A DNA stretch of 41,573 nucleotides from the IMG/VR virus record IMGVR_UViG_3300025153_000011. The stretch is one strand, 5' to 3'. The translations under genes were made by a program, and so were the position numbers. This document shows positions 1 to 8,109 of this stretch, in pieces. How positions within the stretch are numbered: the stretch's first letter is position 1; every line of letters starts with the position of its first letter. The notes beneath the pieces were generated by a model. It saw only the letters and a program-made list of their open reading frames with translations, had not been told where the DNA came from and did no database searches. The DNA comes from a virus.

Positions 1-127
1 AAGCCTTACTGCAAGAGACACGGAAAGCTTCTCTACCTCAACAATAGGACACATTAAACCTAACAAGATATGGAAAGCCACTCATTGCGACAATCCTCAC
101 GTGTTTACACAAAAGGAACAGACCGAA
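1..127. repeat. Terminal overlap, copy 1 (identical to 41447..41573)
   Basis: Read directly: bases 1-127 (aagccttactgcaagagacacgg...aaggaacagaccgaa) recur exactly as the last 127 bases of the window. An ORF reads through the junction in frame. Confidence 0.95.
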
Positions 128-793
128 GAGGGCGGGTTCATAGTTGACCTGGTAGTTGACGCTAGTGGTTCCAATTCGGGGCAACAAATAATGGTAGGAC
201 AAGCGTGTTATGTAATCGCAAAAGCATTTAATCTAGTAGGTATTCCAATCAGAGTCGTGTCTTTTAGAACTTATAAGGGCGGTACGGTGCTAGAGCGTAT
301 GAGAGACTATCACGACCCTATGAAAAAGACCGAAGACGTGCTTGGGTACAATGCCGATGGAGCGAACAGAGACGGGTTGGCTTACCGTTCGGTATATGAA
401 TTATCTGATAAAGACCCTAGCCTTAACCACATAATGATATGCTTCTCTGACGGACAGCCAAGTGGTTCAAGCCACCTTATTCGTAGTGCTGGTGGGTCTA
501 ATAGCTATGAAAACCAACACGACGAATATGGAGTGATAGACAAGTCAAAACCCCTCAACTATCTGTTCAACGGAAAAGACGGCTTAGATGATACTGCGGA
601 AGCTATTAGAGACATTAGAAAAAAGGGTGTCGCCTTGATGGGGGTTTACGCTACTGACTATAAAGACCCTAGAGCCTTAAAGTGTGAACAACTGTGTTTT
701 GGCAAGGACTTTGCGAACATTAACACACCAGGCACTATGGTTCCTGTCGTAGCAAAATACATAAAACAACAAATTGCAAAGACTTTCGAGTAA
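1..793 (+). CDS. C-terminal half of the CobT-like VWA protein whose start is at 40143 (gene wraps the contig junction)
   Basis: The open frame from 40143 runs to the window end without a stop. After removing the duplicated 127 nt it is in the same frame as ORF 101..793, with stop TAA at 791..793. MIDAS-type DxSxS motif DASGS at 158..172. VWA-like strand pattern (FIVDLVVDASGS ... IPIRVVSFRT ... IMICFSDGQPSG). Confidence 0.85.
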   Translation, partial: SLTARDTESFSTSTIGHIKPNKIWKATHCDNPHVFTQKEQTEEGGFIVDLVVDASGSNSGQQIMVGQACYVIAKAFNLVGIPIRVVSFRTYKGGTVLERMRDYHDPMKKTEDVLGYNADGANRDGLAYRSVYELSDKDPSLNHIMICFSDGQPSGSSHLIRSAGGSNSYENQHDEYGVIDKSKPLNYLFNGKDGLDDTAEAIRDIRKKGVALMGVYATDYKDPRALKCEQLCFGKDFANINTPGTMVPVVAKYIKQQIAKTFE

Positions 794-804
794 TAGTGAC
801 AAAT

Positions 805-832
805 AAGGGGTTGACAGTGTGTTCAACCCCTT
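805..832. promoter_or_regulatory. 10-bp perfect inverted repeat (aaggggttga / tcaacccctt, 8-nt loop) overlapping the -35 of the 811 promoter
   Basis: Read directly. It lies 12 nt after the VWA stop codon, has no following T-tract, and covers TTGACA at 811..816. Confidence 0.6.
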
Positions 833-839
833 GTATACT
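811..839 (+). promoter_or_regulatory. Sigma-A/sigma-70-type promoter (TTGACA - 17 nt - TATACT)
   Basis: TTGACA at 811..816 and TATACT at 834..839 with an exact 17-nt spacer. Located in an intergenic region upstream of an RBS-led small gene. Confidence 0.7.
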
Positions 840-873
840 GTGCTTGCTTAGTTTCTACTAAGGAGGTAGTTTT

Positions 874-1032
874 ATGAATGATGAAGTAATAATCAAAACT
901 AAAAACGAAGCATTAGAATTAATTGCGGATATTGCCAATGACTATGATAATTGCAAGACTATCGAGCAATTTAAGGCATTGGTTGATGAAATGGCGGAGT
1001 TTGCCAAACGAGGTTTAAAACTCGATAAATAG
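874..1032 (+). CDS. Small acidic hypothetical protein (52 aa), below the ORF-track cutoff
   Basis: AGGAGG at 861..866, ATG at 874, TAG at 1030..1032. Translation MNDEVIIKTKNEALELIADIANDYDNCKTIEQFKALVDEMAEFAKRGLKLDK. Confidence 0.65.
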   Translation: MNDEVIIKTKNEALELIADIANDYDNCKTIEQFKALVDEMAEFAKRGLKLDK

Positions 1033-1063
1033 TGATTACTAAGTGAAAGGGGGTGGAGAAGAA

Positions 1064-1222
1064 ATGGCTATTGAGGAAAACACAAAGAAGTATGATGATA
1101 AACAGGCTACTAACGTCAGAATAGACCCGACGTTAAAAGACAGATTATTGCAAGAAGCAGATGAAAAGAAAAAGACTATGGCAGAAATAATTAATGATAT
1201 GCTAAGAAGACGCTATAAATAA
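1064..1222 (+). CDS. Small ribbon-helix-helix (Arc/CopG-like) DNA-binding protein candidate (52 aa)
   Basis: GGGGGTGGAG RBS, ATG at 1064, TAA at 1220..1222. Translation MAIEENTKKYDDKQATNVRIDPTLKDRLLQEADEKKKTMAEIINDMLRRRYK. The segment VRIDPTLKDRL..EADEKKKTMAEIINDML fits a beta-strand/helix/helix RHH pattern. Confidence 0.55.
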   Translation: MAIEENTKKYDDKQATNVRIDPTLKDRLLQEADEKKKTMAEIINDMLRRRYK

Positions 1223-1237
1223 GGGAGGCAAGTACGA

Positions 1238-3172
1238 ATGAAATTGAATGTTCTAAAAGCAGTTTGGAACACACAAGAGGGTTATGTATTTGTTCCTAGA
1301 CGTAAGGGTAAAGTATGGGACGAGGGTAGAGCGTTTGAGTATCCAGCCGATTGGGTTGCTATTCAATCCCGCATTATCAAGTCAGCAGACGACGATTGGG
1401 ATACTTATTGGTGTCCTATGGTCTTCGATAAGCCCAAGAGACTCAAGGAGAACGCCAAACGAGAACAAGGTATTCTGTGGGCGGACTTGGACGAAGTCGA
1501 CCCTAAAGATTTAGGAAATTTAAGACCCTCTATAGCGTGGGCATCCTCGGAAAACCGTTATCAATGCTTATGGTCTCTTGATAGCAAACACGATATTGAT
1601 GTTGTAGAGCAAGTGAATAAAGATTTAACCTACCACATAGGAGCTGATAAGGGTGGTTGGGACGTAACCCAAGTGCTAAGAGTACCTGGAAGTCCTAATT
1701 TCAAGTATGACCCACCGCAACAAGGCACGTTCCTATGGGCTGAGAAAAACTCTTATGTGCTTGAGAAAGTGCAAGAGCAGGTAGTGGCTACGGAGAGCGT
1801 CGAGGGCTCTAGTACAAAGAACGTTATTGAAATGGTTCTTTCAGAGTGGACAATACCACCAAGAACACGAGACTTACTCTTGACTAAGCCCGAAGAGGTA
1901 GAACAAGGAGAACGTTCCGATAGATTGTGGGAGATAGAGACATCACTCATAGAGTCGGGAGTGCCTTTGATGGACATAGTAGACGTGATATTGATGTGTG
2001 CCTGGAACAAGTTTAAGGGCAGACGTAATGAAGCCGAGCAAATCTATCACGAGGTAATGAAAGCGGATAAGCACGTTAAGACAAGAGTTGAAGAAGAAAA
2101 GAAAGTATTATCTCCAGTAGAAGACCGCATACGAAAAGATATGTGGGCTATACCGTTCGATACGTTCGTTTCCACAAGAATAGAAGCTCCAAAGTGGCTT
2201 GTGGAGGGCATCTGGCAAAGTGGAACGTACGGAATGATTGCTGGAGAGCCTAAGACGTACAAGTCAGTTCAAGCAACGGACATAGCCTTATCAGTAGCGA
2301 CAGGACGTCCTTACGTTGGGCAGTTCCCAATAGGTATATCGGGAGCCGTGTTGTATATCCAAGAGGAAAACAACGCTCAAACGGTACAGGACAGGATATT
2401 CAAGACAGCGTATGCAAAAGGTATGTTAACCGCAACTCCTTGTGGTTGGGCATTGGCAGACGATTTACCCTTGTATTTCTCCAATAACTACGGTGTAGAC
2501 TTAACCACAAAGGATAGCAGAGAGCTGATTGAAGCCACCATAATCAAGCTAAAGCCCGTTCTTATCATCTTAGACCCACTGTATATGATGCTAGGACAAG
2601 TGGACGAGAATAGTGCCAAAGAGGTTGGCGACATTCTAAGATGGCTGACCTACATAAGAAATGAGTATGGCGTCGCATTAATGATATGCCACCATTATAA
2701 CAAAGGCGGTTCGAGTGCAAGAGGTGGACAACGTGTAAGAGGTTCATCGGCATTTCACGCTTGGGTAGAGTCGGCATTATACATCAAATCGACAGCAGAG
2801 CCTAACACCGTGAAGATAGAGCGTGAGTTCAGAGCCTACCCAAGTATGGAAGAATTAACTATGAGGGTGGATATGGGGGCTCCAGGAGAGCTTTATTACA
2901 GGATAAGTATGGAGCAGACGGACGATACAAAAGGAACCGATGCGAAGCAAGAGCAAATCATTAACTTGTTAGCCACATCACATCGTAGCTTTGAGGAAAT
3001 GAGAACGCTTGTAAGTATGACGAGAAGAGAGCTAGTAGAAACACTTAAAACACTTGAAACAGCAGACTTGCTAGAGAGAAAAGGTGGTAACAAAGGTGGC
3101 AAGACGCTGTATAGCTTGAAAGAAAGGTTCGTGGATAAAGATGACGACAGCAAAGAGGACGTACAAGTATAA
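1238..3172 (+). CDS. DNA primase-helicase: AEP/prim-pol-like N-terminus + RecA-like (AAA_25/RepA-type) ATPase + C-terminal wHTH-like tail
   Basis: AAGGGAGG RBS before ATG at 1238. AEP-like motifs ILWADLDEVD (DxD) and VLRVPGSPNFKY. P-loop-like IAGEPKTYKS and Walker B-like VLIILDPLYMML. The helicase-type region follows (HHYNKGG..RGSSAF). Confidence 0.7.
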   Translation: MKLNVLKAVWNTQEGYVFVPRRKGKVWDEGRAFEYPADWVAIQSRIIKSADDDWDTYWCPMVFDKPKRLKENAKREQGILWADLDEVDPKDLGNLRPSIAWASSENRYQCLWSLDSKHDIDVVEQVNKDLTYHIGADKGGWDVTQVLRVPGSPNFKYDPPQQGTFLWAEKNSYVLEKVQEQVVATESVEGSSTKNVIEMVLSEWTIPPRTRDLLLTKPEEVEQGERSDRLWEIETSLIESGVPLMDIVDVILMCAWNKFKGRRNEAEQIYHEVMKADKHVKTRVEEEKKVLSPVEDRIRKDMWAIPFDTFVSTRIEAPKWLVEGIWQSGTYGMIAGEPKTYKSVQATDIALSVATGRPYVGQFPIGISGAVLYIQEENNAQTVQDRIFKTAYAKGMLTATPCGWALADDLPLYFSNNYGVDLTTKDSRELIEATIIKLKPVLIILDPLYMMLGQVDENSAKEVGDILRWLTYIRNEYGVALMICHHYNKGGSSARGGQRVRGSSAFHAWVESALYIKSTAEPNTVKIEREFRAYPSMEELTMRVDMGAPGELYYRISMEQTDDTKGTDAKQEQIINLLATSHRSFEEMRTLVSMTRRELVETLKTLETADLLERKGGNKGGKTLYSLKERFVDKDDDSKEDVQV

Positions 3173-4556
3173 GACAACGCCTACCGTTGAACAGACTTAC
3201 GCCCTAAAGAGTGCCTTAAAGCAAGGTAAGTATGGCATCTTCTTTCAACAGCGTGTAGGTAAAACAAAAGTGGCAATAGACTTCTGTGGGGTAAACTACT
3301 TCAAGAAGAACGCTAGAAAGGTTTTAATAGTGTGTCCATTATCAGTGCGGAGTGAGTGGGAAGCTCAAGTAGACGACCACTTACCCGACGAGATACCTAG
3401 ATTGGTGTTTATGTATCCCGATAAAGATATGAAGATTAATGAGCTACTTAAATGCACTAAGAAACCTATAGCACCGCTCGTATTCCTGGTTGTCAATTAT
3501 GACAAGCTGACAACCCAGAGAGAACGTATTCTCTGGTGGGACGCCGACATTGTAATCTTCGACGAGAGCCACTTAGTCAAACACCACAATAGCAAACGTT
3601 CTAAGGCATCAGCATCTATTACTAAAAATAAGGATATGGTGCTTTTGCTTACGGGAACCCCAATCACGAAGAGTTGGACGGACATATTCAGCCAGTTTAA
3701 AGTGATGAACCCCGAAATATTCGGTAGTAGATGGGTAGCATTCCGTGAGAAGTACGCTATAATGGGTGGCTATATGAACAAGCAAGTAGTTGGGTGTACC
3801 GACATTGACGATATTAAAGCAATCGTGAAAGACCACTCGGTAAGAGTGCTGAGGAAGTCGGTAATGAAAGAGCCCGAAATAGAGGAGATTATACTCAAAA
3901 TCCCATTCGAGCCATCAGCTCAGAAGAGGTACGACGAGCTGAAAAAGACGTGGGTAACTGAGCTTAACTCTGGTGCAGTAGTCGAGGGAGACCTTGCAGT
4001 TACAAGGCTTATGAGACTCCAGCAGTTCTGTGGAGGATTTGCAACGTCAAGTGAGGGCGTCGTTGAGCAGATAAGTAGTGCAAAAGCAGAGGTATTGCGA
4101 GACCTATTAACCACAAAGCAATGTGGTAATGAGAAGATGGTAATATTCCATCGGTTCAAGGCAGAGGCGGTATTGCTCCAACACGTACTTAGGAAATTCA
4201 ACGTCGGTTATTACAACGGCTCGGTTCCCGAAGATGAACGGCTCAAGGTTAGAAAAGATTTCCAGGCGGGAAAACTTGACGCTATTGTAGTTCAAATTGC
4301 GACGGGAGCTATGGGCGTATCGTTTGACACGGCTCATATCAACGTCTTTTACTCTCTCGATTTTAGCTTGATGAATTATCTACAGGCTAAAGATAGAGTG
4401 ATGGGGCGTAACCAAACGAGTGAGGTAGTGACGAATTACTACCTGGCTATAGACAAATCAATAGACTTGAAACTGATTAACACGTTAAAGAACAACGAAG
4501 ACTTCGCTAGTTCTGTATCTGACGCCTATAAGGCAGTTTTGAAAGGAAGTATTTAG
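3141..4556 (+). CDS. SNF2-family (DEAD-like superfamily 2) helicase
   Basis: Motifs GKTKVAID (I), IVIFDESH (II, DExH), LLLTGTPI (III), and a C-terminal helicase domain (GAMGVSF, QAKDRVMG). The start overlaps the primase gene by 32 nt, so the start is uncertain. Confidence 0.85.
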   Translation: MTTAKRTYKYKTTPTVEQTYALKSALKQGKYGIFFQQRVGKTKVAIDFCGVNYFKKNARKVLIVCPLSVRSEWEAQVDDHLPDEIPRLVFMYPDKDMKINELLKCTKKPIAPLVFLVVNYDKLTTQRERILWWDADIVIFDESHLVKHHNSKRSKASASITKNKDMVLLLTGTPITKSWTDIFSQFKVMNPEIFGSRWVAFREKYAIMGGYMNKQVVGCTDIDDIKAIVKDHSVRVLRKSVMKEPEIEEIILKIPFEPSAQKRYDELKKTWVTELNSGAVVEGDLAVTRLMRLQQFCGGFATSSEGVVEQISSAKAEVLRDLLTTKQCGNEKMVIFHRFKAEAVLLQHVLRKFNVGYYNGSVPEDERLKVRKDFQAGKLDAIVVQIATGAMGVSFDTAHINVFYSLDFSLMNYLQAKDRVMGRNQTSEVVTNYYLAIDKSIDLKLINTLKNNEDFASSVSDAYKAVLKGSI

Positions 4557-4557
4557 T

Positions 4558-4842
4558 ATGAAAAGAGAAGATTTAGAGAAATTAGTTGGTAAACTTGGTA
4601 GCTTAATGGATAGTATGCCAAAGACATTAAGAGTTGAAATGGCTGAGCATTTAACGGTGGACTTCTTACACGCCAGTATCTTAGAGAGTGTGTCTAAACA
4701 CGTCTTTATGAAAGAGCAACTAACCACTATATTTAAGCTTGAAGACGACGTTGCAGACGAAATACTGAGATGTGTAACTCTACGTATCCAAGACAATGTG
4801 TTAGAGACTATAGCCAAAGGTAGAGCGGAGGGGAAAATCTAA
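4558..4842 (+). CDS. Hypothetical protein (94 aa)
   Basis: ORF tightly packed in the replication operon. ATG at 4558 lies 2 nt after the upstream stop. No recognisable motif. Confidence 0.6.
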   Translation: MKREDLEKLVGKLGSLMDSMPKTLRVEMAEHLTVDFLHASILESVSKHVFMKEQLTTIFKLEDDVADEILRCVTLRIQDNVLETIAKGRAEGKI

Positions 4843-5183
4843 TGAGGATAAGCAATCACGCAATGACACGTTATATGACTAGAATGGGCGTGTCGTTCTC
4901 TCCCGGCATAGAAAAGCAAGTGATAACTATGGTGGAGCAAGGCACGATAATAACGCCAAAGCGAGCTATAGAGCTAGGCTTTAAGCTGACTAAACTAATA
5001 CGACGTGATATTTATGTGGAGATGTATGACCATAACACAGCCGAAGTGCTACTCGGCATCATTGCTAAAGACAATACTCTCAAAACAATCTTGACGAAAG
5101 ATATGTTTATAGAGAATAGCCAAAAGGCAGAGCTGTTACGACAGCGTGCAGAGGGGGTGGAAGAGCTTGTATCGACAATGTAG
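4842..5183 (+). CDS. Hypothetical protein (113 aa)
   Basis: TAATG stop/start overlap with the upstream gene. GCGGAGGGG RBS. No recognisable motif. Confidence 0.6.
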   Translation: MRISNHAMTRYMTRMGVSFSPGIEKQVITMVEQGTIITPKRAIELGFKLTKLIRRDIYVEMYDHNTAEVLLGIIAKDNTLKTILTKDMFIENSQKAELLRQRAEGVEELVSTM

Positions 5184-7545
5184 TGGCTGTCCAAGAGAGA
5201 TAAGCGAGCACATTACCACAAACCCATATCAAGCAGACATAATGGTAATAGGCGATATACCTACTGGGTTCGAGATTATACAGGGCGAGCTATTCTGCGA
5301 CACGGCGAGCAAGCAATTATACAGGGAGCTCTACGACGTCGGAATTGACCTCTCACAGTGTTATACTACGAAAGCGATAAAGTGTAACGCCCATAACGAA
5401 AAACCCAACAGCAAGGCGATTAAGGCGTGTAGAGAGATACTCGAAGAAGAGATTAGCATAGTGAACCCAAAGTATATCCTTACTCTGGGTTCAGCGTCTC
5501 TGGCGGTGCTTCTGGGGAAGACCAACGTTGGAACCAATCACGGGAAAGTCTTTGACTATAAAGGCATAACGGTAATATCCACATACAATCCTAGTGCCTT
5601 TATAAGACAGCCCCACCTTGCAATCGAGTTCCGAGCCGATTTGACGTACTTCTCACGAGTGATGTGGGGCAAGAAAGCTGACCCTAGTGATTTTAAGTAC
5701 AAGATTATACAGTCGTTAGAAATGCTGGAGAAACTGTGCGTGCATCTACAGGGCGAGGAAGTTATAGCGTATGACATCGAGTGCACAGGATTAGACCCGT
5801 ACAAGAAAGGCGAGAAGCTGTATATGATGGGCATTGCTACTGAGAAAGGGGTTTACATAATACCACTTGAAACAGAGCATTTTAGAAACAATAGCGTACC
5901 CGTAGCTGAGTATTATGCCAGGATAAATGAGATACTCTCTAAAAACAAGATTAAGAAAGTGGCACATTATGGTAAATTTGACAATAGATGGCTACGAAAC
6001 AGGGGTATACCTAACCCGCACATCGACTTTGACACCTACTTAGGAGCGTATCTACTCAACGTCAACACACCTCACGGACTCAAGTGGCTTGCCAAGACTT
6101 ACTGTGGTGCTGAGGATTACGACGAGGGGATAGTGTTTAAAGGAGACCTCACAAAAGCTGAGTTTGAAGCTATGGCTAAGTATTGTGCTCTTGACTGTTA
6201 CTACACGTTGAAGCTCTACCACATAATTAAGGCAGATATACTAGCAGACCCAGGACTTACAAAGGTGTTCCAATACATCATAATGCACGGAGAACGTGTG
6301 CTACAGCGTATAGAGAACAGGGGCATATATGTAAACCAGGAAGAGCTAGAGAGTGTGACAAAGCAATACACCAAAGACAAAGAGATACTGGATGCGGATA
6401 TCCGAGCGATGCTTCCTACGGATATGACGCTGATGAACCTCAACTCCACAAAGCAGTTAGCCGAGTTATTCTTCGAGAAGTTAAAACTGCCAATCATCAG
6501 TGTGACACCGTCGGGGACTCCCGCAACGGGGAAGGCGACGCTCTTGAGACTTGCGGATTACAGTCCGCTGCCAGCGATGGTGCTAAAGTACAAGAAACTG
6601 GAGAAGTCACTTAACGGGTTCCTAACTCCGTGGGTTGCATACCTAAAGCGTGATGGACGGCTACATACCACATACAACATAGCCAAGACTGCTACTGGTA
6701 GACTATCAGCCGAAGACCCTAACCTACAGCAAGTACCAAGAGACGCCAATGTGAGACAGCTCATATCCGCTCCGCCTGGCAGAGTGTTCATCGAAGCTGA
6801 CTATTCCCAAATCGAATTACGTATAGGGGCTTTCGTTGCAGGGGAAGACGTGATGAAAGAGGCATACCGAATGGGACGTGACTTACACGCTCTAACTGCC
6901 TCTAACGTTGCAAAGGTAAACATAGCCGATGTTACCAAGCAACAGAGGAGTAATGCCAAAGCGGTAAACTTCGGGTTCCTCTTCGGAATGGGGGAGCGAG
7001 GGTTCAAAGATTACGCATTTGACAGTTATGGGGCAATATTCACGGAAGAAGAGTCCAAAATAGCCCGTGACACCTATTTTACAACGTATCCTGGACTACT
7101 ACCCTGGCACGAAAGACAGCGTAAAGAGGTAAGAAGACTTGGGTATGTAAAGACGGCTACTGGTAGAATAAGGCACCTACCAAACGTTCATAGCCCCGAC
7201 AACGAAGTGCGAAGCGGTGCAGAACGCCAAGCCATCAACACTCCTGTTCAGTCTTTTGCAAGCGACATCACAATGTTGGCAATGATATTGATAGACGGTA
7301 AACTACAAAAGCTATACGGAGATACTAGAGCGTGCTTAGTCGGGCAAGTACACGACGCTATAATGGCTGAGTGTGATGAAGACATAGGCGAGGAAGTGGC
7401 TCTACTCGTTAAAGAGTGTATGGAGAGCGTACCAAAGGTACTGACTAAGTATTTTGGCATTACTTTAGACGTACCCCTTGTGGCAGAAGTTGAGCTCGGC
7501 TCGGCTTGGGGAATCGGCAGAATCGTTGAAATTCCAACGAAATAA
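5146..7545 (+). CDS. Family A DNA polymerase with N-terminal family-4 UDG-like Fe-S domain and 3'-5' exonuclease domain
   Basis: Exo I motif VIAYDIECTGLDP. Pol motif A DYSQIELRI (about 6799..6825), motif B RSNAKAVNFGFLFGMG, motif C QVHDAIMAE (7346..7372). The N-terminal roughly 190 aa are UDG-like (CSGC, GDIPTG, C-x14-C, YNPSAF). The ORF-track start at 5146 is GTG. TTG at 5167, preceded by GAGGGGGTGG, is a better-supported start. Confidence 0.9.
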   Translation: MQRGWKSLYRQCSGCPREISEHITTNPYQADIMVIGDIPTGFEIIQGELFCDTASKQLYRELYDVGIDLSQCYTTKAIKCNAHNEKPNSKAIKACREILEEEISIVNPKYILTLGSASLAVLLGKTNVGTNHGKVFDYKGITVISTYNPSAFIRQPHLAIEFRADLTYFSRVMWGKKADPSDFKYKIIQSLEMLEKLCVHLQGEEVIAYDIECTGLDPYKKGEKLYMMGIATEKGVYIIPLETEHFRNNSVPVAEYYARINEILSKNKIKKVAHYGKFDNRWLRNRGIPNPHIDFDTYLGAYLLNVNTPHGLKWLAKTYCGAEDYDEGIVFKGDLTKAEFEAMAKYCALDCYYTLKLYHIIKADILADPGLTKVFQYIIMHGERVLQRIENRGIYVNQEELESVTKQYTKDKEILDADIRAMLPTDMTLMNLNSTKQLAELFFEKLKLPIISVTPSGTPATGKATLLRLADYSPLPAMVLKYKKLEKSLNGFLTPWVAYLKRDGRLHTTYNIAKTATGRLSAEDPNLQQVPRDANVRQLISAPPGRVFIEADYSQIELRIGAFVAGEDVMKEAYRMGRDLHALTASNVAKVNIADVTKQQRSNAKAVNFGFLFGMGERGFKDYAFDSYGAIFTEEESKIARDTYFTTYPGLLPWHERQRKEVRRLGYVKTATGRIRHLPNVHSPDNEVRSGAERQAINTPVQSFASDITMLAMILIDGKLQKLYGDTRACLVGQVHDAIMAECDEDIGEEVALLVKECMESVPKVLTKYFGITLDVPLVAEVELGSAWGIGRIVEIPTK

Positions 7546-7563
7546 AAATATTTAAAAAACCTC

Positions 7564-7593
7564 TTGACAAGCTCCGCAATGAAATGTTACAAT
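7564..7593 (+). promoter_or_regulatory. Sigma-A-type promoter (TTGACA - 18 nt - TGtTACAAT extended -10)
   Basis: TTGACA at 7564..7569 and TACAAT at 7588..7593, preceded by TGt. Intergenic, after the polymerase stop. Confidence 0.65.
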
Positions 7594-7650
7594 GGTTTTA
7601 CAAGCAAAGCAACTCGGCGGAGTTTGTCAATAAAAGAAAGGAGAAACGAA

Positions 7651-7962
7651 ATGGCAGTAGTAGCAAAGAAAGAACGCTCTGATAAACTCAGAAGAAGACC
7701 TTACAAGATAAGATACTTTTTCTTAGCGGTCAGTAGAACGACAATGCACGTAGGAATGAGTCACGGTGGGTTAGTGTATGCACATAAGAATCACGGAGTA
7801 ACCGCCTTGTACTTAGCAGATTTGGCTACCTTGAAAGTAACCGAAGTAAAAGAGCCTCCCGAAGATTTCCTAAGACGTTGGAGACTTCACTACAACGAAC
7901 CAACTTGGGAGTACGCTAAGGACGTAGAGTATGACATACCAGCACCAGTAGAGGGGGCGTAA
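7651..7962 (+). CDS. Hypothetical protein (103 aa)
   Basis: AAGGAG RBS and ATG at 7651. The longer ORF-track version (7564) would begin inside the promoter -35 and is rejected. Confidence 0.65.
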   Translation: MAVVAKKERSDKLRRRPYKIRYFFLAVSRTTMHVGMSHGGLVYAHKNHGVTALYLADLATLKVTEVKEPPEDFLRRWRLHYNEPTWEYAKDVEYDIPAPVEGA

Positions 7963-7965
7963 GCA

Positions 7966-8109
7966 ATGGCGGACTTGCTAGGCATTTGGTTAGCACTTAT
8001 GTTAGCTTTTGCATCTCTATTGGCTGGGTATGTGGCGTACGCTATGCTTAAACGAGAGCTTATGATAAAGGAAGAGAGGAAAAGATATGGCAGTAGGAAG
8101 TGCAAGTAA
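7966..8109 (+). CDS. Small single-pass membrane protein candidate (47 aa), below the ORF-track cutoff
   Basis: GAGGGGGCG RBS, ATG at 7966, TAA at 8107..8109. Translation MADLLGIWLALMLAFASLLAGYVAYAMLKRELMIKEERKRYGSRKCK, a hydrophobic helix followed by a basic tail. Confidence 0.5.
   Translation: MADLLGIWLALMLAFASLLAGYVAYAMLKRELMIKEERKRYGSRKCK

Noticed and set aside
1-127. True biological direct terminal repeat or cos end
   Set aside because: The repeat lies inside a continuous coding frame, and its length equals a common assembler k-mer. An assembly overlap on a circular map is the simpler explanation, but the sequence alone cannot exclude a true repeat.
805-832. Intrinsic terminator for the VWA gene
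   Set aside because: The 10-bp stem is good, but no U-tract follows (gtatactgtg). It also overlaps the -35 and spacer of the next promoter. An operator or RNA-stability element is more likely.
7564-7650. N-terminal extension of ORF 7564..7962
   Set aside because: The extension would start within the -35 hexamer of a promoter. An AAGGAG RBS and ATG at 7651 give the credible start. Similar alt-start extensions were trimmed for 12231..12530, 18895..19503, 32622..33320, 35547..36122 and 38272..38604.
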